Positions 1 to 11,797 of a DNA stretch of 64,000 bases are shown piece by piece. The notes under the pieces are model-generated. The model ran no database searches and was not told where the DNA came from. It worked only from the letters and a program-made list of their open reading frames with translations. The DNA is from Octopus bimaculoides (taxonomy: Eukaryota), in contig NC_068996.1 in the NCBI RefSeq assembly GCF_001194135.2, positions 24,707,064 through 24,771,063 on the forward strand. Direction: 5' to 3'. Within the stretch, counting starts at the first letter, position 1. Each line of letters opens with the position of its first letter. The position numbers were made by a program, and so were the translations under genes.

Positions 1-118
1 CATACATATATATATGTGTGTGTATTATCAAAAATAAAATGTAAAGCTTTATATAAGCTTTGTTGTGTTTAAAAATGGTTATCATAGTTGTGTTAAAATA
101 CAGTTATACAGTCTTTAT

Positions 119-2120
119 AAAGGATGAAAGGAAAAACGTTCATTCATATCTGTGAGGGACATAGTGCCAAGATCAAATATGAGACATTACTCCTTTCGTT
201 TCCTAGAGAAGGGGGATCCATGGTACAAGGTTATGCCACACACACTGACAAATCTGCAATAGAATGATTCACAGTGTTGAAGCGGGTGGCGACAGGTTGA
301 CCTGGCATATGTAGCATTATGCTTCTGATGTGTTTGCAAAAGCGATTCCCAGGGCGTCACCCTGTTTCTCCAATGTAAAGAGCACTGAAGAGTTTGCATA
401 TGATGCAATATCTGAGATTCTTTTATCTTTCTACCTTGACAAACTGTTATCCCCTCTTGTTACTGCTCTACCTTCACTTATAAAAAAACACTTACCATAC
501 ACTACACCTCTTCAACGCATTCTCTTTTCACCTGGTGAATCCAAACTCCTTTTCACCATGGACATTAAATCTTTGTACACAGTCATCCCTCACAATGATG
601 GTCTACTAGTACTTAAACACTTCTTAGACTGTTGTTCTGTACCTGAACCCAGCACTAATACACTCCTCTGTCTAGCTGAGCTCATCTTAACACTCGTTTT
701 TCCTTTCTGGTGAATTCTATAAGCAGTTCAGCAGGCCCCAGTTATGCCAACCTCTTTGTAGGTTATGTAGAGGATCAAATCTTTGCTCACTTCCCTGGAC
801 CCATCACATTGACGATTGCATTGGCACCACAAGCCTTAACAGACAACAGCTCAACAATTTTATTTCTTTTGTTAACACCTTTCACCCAGCCTTGGAATTC
901 ACTCACACCATATCTGATACTTCTATTTGCTTTCTAGACATCTCTATCAAAATACACAATACCTATCTCTCCACCTCTGTCTACAATAAACCTACTGACT
1001 CCCATTCCTACTCTTCCTCTAATCTCAAACACATTAAATCTGCCATACCTTTCTCTCAATTTCTTTGCCTTTGCAGCATTGATTCGGATTTTGAATCCCA
1101 TTGCAAAACAATGCAACAGTTTTTTCTAAATCGAGGGTATCCTCCATCAGTTGTAAACCTGGTGCTCCACCGAGCCCAAGCCATCAACAATACTGTAGCT
1201 CTCCTATCATCTTCAAGCACTCCCACCGACCGTATTCCACCCTCTCACCTCTCCATCCTCCCTCTAAAACACAGACTCACCCACAACTTTCTGACCCAAC
1301 AACTGCTCCTATCTTTTAAAAAACATAGGAGTGTTAGAAATCTTGTTAGAAGCTTCACAGCTCCCAGCTCTGCACAACCAGGAACTTTTAAGTATTCTTG
1401 CCAACGATGTAACACATGCCCCTACATCAATATTACTACCATCATGGGACCCAAGAAACAATAACACATGATAACACATAACACACCACTTCTATTGCAC
1501 TTCGGCAAATCTCATATATTGCATCATATGCAAACTCTTCAGTGCTCTTCACATTGGAGAAACAGGGTGACGCCCTGGGGATCGCTTTTGCAAACACATC
1601 AGAAGCATAATGCTACATATGCCAGGTCAACCTGTCGCCACCCGCTTCAACACTGTGAATCATTCTATTGCAGATTTGTCAGTGTGTGTGGCATAACCTT
1701 GTACCATGGATCCCCCTTCTCTAGGAAACGAAAGGAGTAATGTCTCATATTTGATCTTGGCACTATGTCCCCCACAGATATGAATGAACGTTTTTCCTTT
1801 CATCCTTTCACCTACTCTTAATTCTTTTTTGCCCTTTTTAATCCTCCTTCTACCCTCTCTTTGCAACATTCCCCGTATTTACATACCTCTCCTATAATTT
1901 CTATTTCATGTTAGCAGCCCGTGTTATTCTGTGTCCATTATCAGTTGCAGCCAGTTTTTCAAGCTGAGAGGATGTAAACTCTGACATTTTCCTCTGCCCA
2001 CCAGATGAAAGATTGAATCCGAAACATTGAATATTCCACTCGTCACAGCAAGTTCACTGTACTCCTTTCATTTTTTTATATATTTTATCAAGTCCTGCCA
2101 ACACAGAGCTACTAGATTAT

Positions 2121-2126
<6 letters not shown>
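119..2126 (+). mobile_element. Decayed, 5'-truncated Penelope-like retroelement (Neptune-like) with inverted pseudo-LTR
   Basis: Frameshifted RT motifs MDIKSLYTVIP, GPSYANLFVGYVE, HIDDCIG (805-825), FLDISI, VYNKPTD; Cys knuckle CQRCNTC; GIY-YIG remnant SANLIYCIIC..HIGETG*; 119-419 is the reverse complement of 1508-1808; ends at (TA)n. Confidence 0.88.
2002..2030 (+). ncRNA. Degenerate hammerhead ribozyme motif in the Penelope 3' UTR
   Basis: CAGATGA-AAGATTGAATCC-GAAACATTG resembles CTGATGA-stemII-GAAACGTT; palindromic short stem II (GATT-G-AATC); core U-to-A change and CpG decay. Confidence 0.55.
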
Positions 2127-2159
<33 letters not shown>

Positions 2160-2185
2160 AAGCAGTGTTGATTTTCACAATTCTG

Positions 2186-2579
2186 TAAATAATAATATTT
2201 TATAAGCTTAAAGCTTATAGCAATCACCACACTGACTAAAGAAAATAGTCTAATAATGGGGCATATAAGCCCTCAACAGAAAAAAGTAGGTTTTCCCCTA
2301 CACATAGGACTTGCAGTAAAGGCACATAAAAGTTTGTTTACAAAAACAACTACAAACTAATTATAGTTTTTAAATCTAATGGAAAAAAGCAGGTAGGTTT
2401 GCTGGTGTAATCGGTAGCATACTTTGTTGCGTAAACAAAGAGGTTTGGGTTCGAGTACCACGCATACAGGAAAACCTACTTTTTTCTGTTGAGGGCTTAT
2501 ATGCCCCATTATTAGTCTATTTTCTTTAGTTACTGCACAGTGATTACTATAAGCTTATAAAATGCTATTATTATATTTA
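2186..2579. repeat. ~110-bp inverted repeat pair (2186-2296 and 2469-2579) enclosing a tRNA-like sequence; MITE-like
   Basis: Core ACTAAAGAAAATAG[T/A]CTAATAATGGGGCATATAAGCCCTCAACAGAAAAAAGTAGGTTTTCC is present in both orientations with one mismatch. Confidence 0.85.
2396..2467 (+). pseudogene. tRNA-like sequence (pseudo-tRNA or SINE head)
   Basis: A-box TGGTGTAATCGG, B-box GGTTCGAGTAC, anticodon stem CTTTG/CAAAG with an abnormal 9-nt loop, acceptor stem 5 of 7 paired, T6 run at 2480-2485. Confidence 0.6.
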
Positions 2580-3729
2580 TATACACAAGGGATCAATGTT
2601 ACTATAGAGTAGTAAAGTCACTGGATTTACATAATCACTAGAATACCGAGCAAAATGCCTAAAGATATTTAGTTCACAGTTCAAATCCTACTGAGATATC
2701 TTTGCTTTAGTGTCATGAAATGGCTGATATTGTAGGTAAATGTCAGACAAAATAGTTTGTAGTATTTAGTTATGGCCCTTTACCTTCTGATTTCAAAACT
2801 GTCCAAGGTAAATTTTGCATTTCATCCTCCTGGAAGTGGTGGAAATAAAACAAAGTGCGAATGAAATCAACATAAATTGACTGCTCTGAGGCCCTATGCT
2901 TTTGTACATTCATTTAACATGCCAACCATCATGTAAAAAGTGCCCAGTACACTCTGTAAAGTGGTTGGCATTAGGAAGGGGATCTAGCCAGAGAAACCTT
3001 GCCAAAATAGATGACTGGAGCTTGGTGCAACATACCAACAATGTTTCCTCACTGCTTTCTTATGACACCACAAAGAGACTCTTGCTCAGCTTAAGATTTC
3101 TTCTACAATATACTTCCCAACCACTTTATTCCAGGTGAAGTCTCACTGGGTGCACCTTAGGTGAGTGTGTTCTACTATAGCCTCAGACTGACCAAAGCCA
3201 TGTGGGTGGATGTGGTAAGATGGAAACCAAAAAAAAACTTATATGTGTGTGTGTGTGTGTGTCCTGCACCACTGTTTGACAACTGGTGTTGGTATGTTTA
3301 AGTCCCCATAATTTAGTAGTTTAGCAAATGAGCCTGATCAAATAAGTACCAAGCTTAAAAAAAAAAAAAAAGCACTAGGGTCAATCATTTGAACAAAAAT
3401 TCTTCAAGGTAGTGCCCCAGCAAGATCAGTCTAGTAACTGAAACAAGTAAAAGATAAAAGATATACAGGAAGTCTAACAGCAAAATAACAATGTTTATTT
3501 GCCCAGCACAACAGTGATGTTTTTCATAATAGCTAATTTATTGATGGCTGTGTGGTTAAGAAATTTGCTTTCCAACCACATCATTTTGGGTACAGCTTCA
3601 TGCTGTGGTACCTTAGCACATTGTGCCCAGAGTGGGAATTTATTATTTTTGGAAGTTTTCCCCAGGTGTTTAAAATGCACATATCCTGGTTCTCTAAACT
3701 CAAGAGATTACAAAGCAAAAAACCTGAGT

Positions 3730-4919
3730 TTAAAATAATGTATGGTTCAATTTTTATAGCACTTTAAAGTCAGTCAATTTAATGAAATTCATGTTTTTTT
3801 TTTGACTATCATAAGATTGAACATATTTTCTTTCACAAAAAAAGATTTTTACCTCTGATTTTATTTAGAAGCATTTTTTATTGTCTTTCAGTCAAGCTAC
3901 AGCGTAGAGTGCATAGGCCAACATAAATTTGAGAAAGTAGGAGATGCACGAAAAATATACAAATTTTTGGTAAAACCCCCTCAAACTTGATATTTTTTTT
4001 TTAAATGACGAATTTCAACATATTAAGGGCTAACATATTTGACATCTTCAACATTTTATGCAAACTGTGGGGGAAAAAAATCAGTTCAAAGGGCTTAAAA
4101 GGCCAAACAGAAAGTATAATTCCAATTTGGGTGCCAAACATTAAAACCAACCAAAATTGGATAAAATCGGTAGTTATATACCCCCAACATGATTAAACAG
4201 GTATAAAAACAGGAAACATAAAATGGTCTCAAGACCTAATAAATTTCTTGAAATAATTGATCTTAAATGCACTATTTTTGGTATTTAGCCTATTTTATGG
4301 GGTAAAAATCTGATTAGGAAGGTCAGATTCCTGTTTGGAGGATTTTGTTTGCTTATGCTGAAATTGAAGAAGGGCCAAAACACGAGATAACAAAAAGAAA
4401 ATATTCCCAACAAATCCTTGGATTGAAACTCACCCATGATTCACAAAGAAAATCAGAATCATTTGCACTAAATTGTGAAAAACTGATCACTTATTCACAA
4501 CAATGCCAAACAACAAATATACGTAACAAGGACCAGTCAGTAATATAAGTGATTTGATTCTTGATTGTTCTTCTCTCAAAGCAGACACCTTCTTATGTTT
4601 TGAGAATGAGCTGTGTGACCAATTTCCCTACAAACAGAACAACTTGGGCTGGGACGTTTTGAAGCAATTGTTGATGCGACATGATGGACATTCTTCTGAA
4701 GATGTCATGGATGTTATCCTTGATTAAAAGCTGGCAATATCTTGCAGATAATCATTTTTAACTGCAATACACCAAAAATGCAATTTTGGTCAACATGCCC
4801 TGATTTGGTTATTTGAACCTGGACCCCCATAAAAAAGAAACAAATAATTTTGGTTCTCTCTGATAGCCCTTAAAATTGTGGTTCAAATGAACCCTCAACC
4901 ACTATCAAGTGATTATTTT
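3730..4919 (-). mobile_element. Probable Mutator/MULE-like DNA transposon relic
   Basis: Flanking direct repeats AACCTGAGT (3721-3729) and AACCTGAGA (4920-4928); short inverted ends TTAAAATAAT/ATTATTTTAA (the right end overlaps the flanking repeat by 2 nt); minus-strand peptide KRPSPSCSVCREIGH..RRC at 4585-4659. Confidence 0.5.
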
Positions 4920-5599
4920 AACCTGAGATATGATTTTCCCTGAATTAGCCAATCTGGGCACAATGTGCTTAGGCAAGTGTCTTCTGTTATAACCCTGTGC
5001 AGACCAAGGGCTTATTAATGGATTTGGTAGATGGAGACTCAGACAAGCATGTCAAATGCATGTGTCTCCCTCCTTGTCTTGACATTGTGATTCAGCTGTA
5101 AACAAGCAGTGTTATTCATTCTGTGAAAACATGTCTGGCCATGGGGAAATAGTACCTTGCTTGGAAACGAGATGAGCATCTGGTTGCAGAAAAACTGTCT
5201 CAATTAACTTTGTCTAACTCATGCAAGCATGGAAAAGTGGACATAATATAAGGGTGATGACAAGCTCTTTTGTTTGGACCTCAAATCCTGATGGATTTGT
5301 CAGAGCATTATCTATTATAGCATATGGTAAGCCTTAGGCATTTTAGACCTGGAGGACCCCATCTTTCACAAGGATTGAACAGAAGTTGGTTTTATTTATT
5401 GAGAGAGAGAGAAAAAAGTTGGCCGTATCAGGATTTGAACTTAAGTGCAGAGAACTGGAAAGAATCCTGCAAGGCATGCATACTATGGAGACTAACAACT
5501 TGCTGCTGCATAGTAACATCTGGCTGGTAATTTGAAAAACTCATTGTGATCATCAATATATTTAAAAAAATTGAAGACATATATACAAAGAAATAATTA

Positions 5600-6137
5600 A
5601 AAGGCAAATACAATACAGAATTATATATTTCTTTTTATTGGCTTAATAAATAATCAAAACAGATGGGAAAGATAAAAAATAACATTTTTCAAAAGAAAAG
5701 GAAAAACAAAACAACAACCATACATTAGAGAAAAAAATGATCAAAATTTGTTGATGTATATCATGGAGTCTATCTTGTAAAATATCTATTTAAAATAAAA
5801 ATTATTTTTAATGCTGTTGTGTCACACTCAAAGCCAATTTCACAAAAACCATCTGCTAATATTTACAAGTGTGTGTATGTCTGTATGCGCATGTGTGAAA
5901 CTAAAGAGAGAAAAAGAGTTATTTAGAAAAATCGAAAATAAACAAAAAATTTAAAGGACAAGATACTACCCCACCCCAAACTAAACAGTCCAAATGCAAC
6001 TAAAAAAAGGAATTGGTTAACTACAAAACAGATAGGTAGATAGATTGAGAGACACTCATACATTTGGCTTTGAAAGAAAAAAAGAAAAAAATTCTAAAGT
6101 TTTAATATACTTACAGACTATTTATAAATTTGATGCC

Positions 6138-6173
<36 letters not shown>

Positions 6174-6711
6174 CATGTACACACACACATATATATATAT
6201 ATACACACACACACACACGTATATATGCAGACATATACACACACACACACACCTATATAAATATATATGCCTACACACACACCAACATACATGCATTAAA
6301 TGATCAACTTCACATCTTACACACATACACACATTCATGTACACTGGAAGAGCCAATAAATTCTGGTTTAGTATACAAACACTATTGTTTTATATGCTGT
6401 GCTAACTGAATAAGCAAATATATATATATATTATATATATATCTTTATATTGTTCTCATGTAGAAAACACTAGACTGCACAATAAATTTTTACCTTTTAC
6501 GATTTCAGAATAATGCTGAATCTGACATATAATAAATTTTCTTTAAAAAAAAAAAAGAAATCAAAAAACAAATCTAAATAAATAAAAGTTAGGAAGAGTC
6601 CAATTTTAAATGTTTTTTTATTTTCATATTTTTTTAATACAAACTGATCAATTTTACTGGACCAAGAACATTTATTGAGTCAAATATAAAAAAAGACTCT
6701 TTGAATAATGC

Positions 6712-6746
<35 letters not shown>

Positions 6747-6867
6747 AAGAGAGAATACATAATATCTTTGAATGTTTGATCTTAAAAAGATTTCAATCAT
6801 GATGATTTTTCACATCGGCACAAGGCCACAAATTTGTAGGCAAGGGATATAGCCAACTGAATTATGT

Positions 6868-6900
<33 letters not shown>

Positions 6901-8467
6901 CTCAATGACTGATACTTTATTTGGTCAACCCCAGAAGATTCAAACTCACAATGTGAAGGAATGAAGCTAAATACTTTAACAAATTTAGTTTGATACTCTA
7001 CCATTTTTGCCATTCCACTGTTCTATAAACAACCACCACCACCACCACCACCACTACAACAATTTCTTACATTGGCACAATGCTACAAATTTCTAGGTAA
7101 ATATTTAGTAATAGTTTTAATACTAGTAGTAATAATAACAATAATCATTAATATTTAACAACATATGCTAATTACTACCAATAAATATAATTTTATTTGC
7201 CAGAAGGATAGCAAAAGAAAATGTTTGAAAAGAAGAAAAAAATACAAAAGAAGAAAAAGAAAAAAAAAAAAATTGATGGCATAATGTCAGAATGGGTACA
7301 CAGATAAGCAGTTTCCATACACAAAAATGATTTGTTACTAATAACTGGTCTGCCTATAGATTTAATTTTTTTTTATTAATACATTGTTATCAAAAAACAC
7401 AAAACTGTATAACACTACCCAAGAGAATAAACTCACCAAAACAGAAGACAACAGCAAAAGCAAAGGGTGTTAACCAAAAGAAGGTGGAGGGGTGGGATGG
7501 GGGTGGGGTAATGTAAGTAATTTGAAAAAGCTGTAGAAAAACACTAGTCAGGTAAACCAACTAAACCAGGTAAAACCGTAATCATTTCTACCAAGCACCC
7601 AAGTTGCACAATCATATTAAGGAATAATTGGTGGGCAAAGTGTGATAATTGATAGATATTCAAGGTTTTCATCACGCAAACAAAATATCTAAACATGATT
7701 TGCAAAGTGCAAGTTGTAGTTTATCCAGGCTTACATATTCAATGAATGTTGGATGTTGAACAAGTGTTAAATGTTTTGTTATGCTGTTAGTAATTGTAAA
7801 CTGGTCCTTAGTAACAAGTAAACAACAAAACATTTGTGAATTGAAAACAAGAACAAAAGAAAAAAAAAAATGATGTCATTTAAGAAAAAAAACAACAAAA
7901 AGAATGTAATTAATTTACTTAAAAAATGATAGATTCAAAAATTACAAACTTATTAATTGGTACATGCAAAAACACACACATCCTGACATAGAGAAAAAAA
8001 AAAATCTATTTAGTATTAAATATCAATTTTATTTTTCATTTGATAAAATTATGAAATTTGATATTTGGCAATATAAAAAAAAAATAAGAGAAAGAAAAAA
8101 CTAAATAAATAATAAACAGCACTTCACAAGGGAGTCTGAGGACAACAACTCCACATACTGACATAAAATTTATTTAAAAATAAATAAATAAAATTTGTTT
8201 AAAAAAAAGTTTGTCAGCAGTGTTTTCTGAAGAACATAAGGATTGAAGAAGGAGAAAGAAAGAGAGGCATATAGAGAATAAAAGGAGAGTTGGGAGGGAA
8301 GAAAATTTTAAACAATTGTTAAATCTAACCAATTTGTAGAATCACAACACACCACTATGCAAAGCCATTCCAGACATTCTGGCCACTATCCATGCTATAT
8401 AGTAGGAATATATATTCAATATATTGGAACTTTTCTGGGTTTGTGTTGAAATTGTTCTTACTGCAGC
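5600..8467 (-). other. Probable CLPTM1 3' UTR with several candidate polyadenylation signals
   Basis: Very U-rich on the minus strand; AATAAA (TTTATT on +) at 8169-8174 and 5634-5639 among others, the latter followed by a U/GU-rich tract. The true 3' end cannot be fixed without RNA data. Confidence 0.45.
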
Positions 8468-8670
8468 TCAGTCATTTTTCTTTTCCTTATCTGATTTGAT
8501 AGCGCTGTCATCTGCTCCTTCATCAGGACTTGTAGAATCAGTTTCACCATCTCTTGAAGCCACAGTTCCATTAGGCTCAAGCATTTCTTGGCTGGTTCCA
8601 AATTCATTCAGACGCTGGGGATCCACTCGATAGATATAACGTTGGTAGAGGTAAATGAAGAATACTATGT
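8468..8670 (-). CDS. CLPTM1: CLPTM1 last coding exon ([25 protein letters not shown]...KEKKND*)
   Basis: Acceptor tttcag, phase 1, TGA at 8470-8468; acidic tail ending in basic residues. Confidence 0.94.
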
Positions 8671-11600
8671 CTGAAATTAAAAGAGGAGGATGAGTGAAGA
8701 AGAATAAAAAAAAAAAAAATGAAAATTTAAGTTAAATATCACAAGCTAAATACTACTTTGTGTAAAATAATGTTTAGGTTTGATGAACATGTGGCTGTGT
8801 GGTAATAATTTCGCTTCCCAGTTGTATGGGTTCTTGGTTCAGTCCTACTGCATAGCATCTTGGGAAAAGTGTCCTCGACTACAACTGTGCGCTGACAAAA
8901 GCTTTATGAGTGGATTTGATAGATGGAAGAATACCATTCTAGATATGTGTGTATGTCTCTGTGTTTGTGCTTGAACCCTACCACTACCACAGCTCGACAA
9001 CTGGTGATTGTTTGTTGTTTATGACCCTGTAACTTAGTAGTTTGAAAAAAAAAAAAAAAAAGAAAGAAAGAAAAAACCCCAGATGAAATAAGTACTGGGG
9101 TTAATTCGTTTGACCCCCAGCATAGCTGCAGTCCAATGACTTAAACAAGTAAAGGATAAAAGATAAGTTAAGCTAAGAGTGTGTGTGTGTGTTCTTGCAG
9201 GTTTTATCTTTTAGTCTTTCACTTGTTTCAGTCATTAGACTGCGGCCATGCTGGGGTATCTGCCTTGAAGAATTTATAGTATAGTAAACTGACCCTAGTA
9301 CTGATATTTTTTAAAGATTAGTACTAAACACCCCAATACCAGTAAAGTGGTGCTGGGGAGACATACACAAAGACACACACACATATACATACATTATATA
9401 TGATGGGCTTCTTTCAGTTCCCGTTTACCAAATCCACTCAGAAAACTTTGGTTGACCTAAGGCTATAGTAGAAGGCACTTACCTACTTGCTCAAATTGCC
9501 ATGCAGTGAGCCTGACCCTGGAACCATGTTGCTGGGAAGCAAGCTTCTTACCATGCAGCCACACTTGCGCCTATGTTATAAAATTTCTCTGAATACATTG
9601 ACTAGGTTTATCGACAAACTTCATGCTGTTAAACTCACCAATGCTGGAATAACTTCAGATTTATTCACCTCAAAATGATTTTATTTGCTGGCTATTTAAA
9701 TCCTATGAATAATTCTAATGAAGCAGGCCCCATGGCCAAAGAGCTATGATCATTCCATCTTTTTCTAGGAACAGTGTTCCCCAGTTTACATTCCTTAATG
9801 CATTTTCCATTTTATTGGTTCAAGGGTGATTTGGCTGCTATTTCCAATAATTTGAGCAATTAGTGTGACGGTTTTTTTCTCTCCACTCAAGCTAATAAAT
9901 AGTAACATCACAAAAAGTAGCAATTTGTTGAGACAGCTAATACCTCTCACTTGCAATGTCTTAATAAAAAATAAAACACTCACCTCCAGATAGCTACAAC
10001 TTTAGCACTACAAGGCCAAACTACAGTAAAAGAAATGTCCACTAAGAACACTGTGCTACATGATTTTTGTCCTTGGGTAGCAACTGTTATTTCCTATTTG
10101 CTTACCACTTAGAAAGTATGAAAAATGGCTAACATTTCCTTCAAACTTTGCTTTTGTTACATTTATTCAAACCCTAAAGAATTCCTCTCAACACATGGCT
10201 ATGATGCTCCCCCACTATTCCTGCTCATGATCAGAAATGCACACATAGTCAGCCACTAAGCAACATGCTCATGTATTTAAAGTCAAGTAACTGACAAGTA
10301 AATCTGTGGTATTGTGCAAAATATTTGTTCTAATGATATTTCTACTTCAGCAACTTAGTGCTGAATCTATCTGAAATGTAATAGAAATAGGCCCCTCTCA
10401 AAACATTGATATCTAGGTCACAAAAGTAAAGATTGAAGGGAATAGTAATCATTTCCTTTGATATCTAAATAAAAGCAAATAGGAAATAACACTTACTAAC
10501 CAAAGACAAAAAAAAAGTAAGTTATATAGTGTAATTACTGCCAGAAATATGACAGCAAAACTAAAGGCTTAAATAAAGCAACCACACTAATGGTTTTTAA
10601 ATTGGCACAAGGGCACGAAATCAATGACTCTAGTACATAGCTGCTACATGCTTTATTGAACTTGGAGACATGAAAAATAGGACTGATCTTTGTGGCATTA
10701 GTACTCAGAATGCAAAGGGAAGGGTGAAATATTCTGAAAACAATGAAGGATCTATGTGGTTACTTGACTTGTTAAAAATAGCAGCCAAATCTTCCTAAAT
10801 TCACATCCTCTGCCTTATATGTGTGTGTATATACACAAGTATGTATGAGCAAACGAAGGAGCTTCTACATAATTGCTTGATCTGCTAGAAACAACAGTCA
10901 TCTCTCTCTCTCTCTCAAATCACATCTACTGTCTTAATAAAAGATGTGATGGTCATAGCTGGAATACTTCTGATCATAGGCCAGTTTAATTTAAGCTGAC
11001 CTGGAGATTTTAACAACTGACTGTTATGGTATTTAGTGCATTATGGGCAATTTCGTTGAAACATTTGACTTATCACAGTTCAACATCCATTTTGTTACTG
11101 GTGATGTGGTTTAATCTGAATGTGTCACTGATATTCTCCTACCCTAAATAACCAAGTAGAATAGGTTTAAGAAATGTAAGAAACAAGTTCAAGATAAGAC
11201 TACTGAAACATTTTGGATGTAAGCTGACACTCTTGGTCCAGTTGTGACCATCCCATCTATATTTCAACACAGTCTGTCTAGAATCACATTATTCAGTGCA
11301 CCTTCCTTTTTTTTTTTAAACAGTAGAGAGAGATTTAAGGGAGACTTAGAAGCTATTTTTAACAGCTTTGATGACCATGCTGAATCTTTTATTCCTTGTT
11401 AGATTGCGTAGTTTGCTGTTTTTCAGCCATGAAGCTGGAACTGTCCAATGACATGATTCCATTTTGAATCATATCATTGAACAGCATACCTCGCTGACTG
11501 ATACTACTTACTGAGTCTGTCCACTATTTATTAGTAATGGACCAGCCCACTTCTCACCTGAGAGCGTCTGCCACAACACTTTTGAAGTCTACATTTATGT

Positions 11601-11736
11601 GACAGGAAAAAAAATCTCCCCAATCATATAATATAATTTAATGTTAAACTTAACTTCAGTTAAATGGAGGGGAATTAATAAATATTGTCAGAAATGAAGT
11701 AAAAGTGGATCCAAAGACAGCCTTCAATAACATGAC

Positions 11737-11797
<61 letters not shown>

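Noticed and set aside
8424-8633. 69-aa plus-strand ORF overlapping the last CLPTM1 exon
   Set aside because: Antisense shadow of a coding exon, with no independent support
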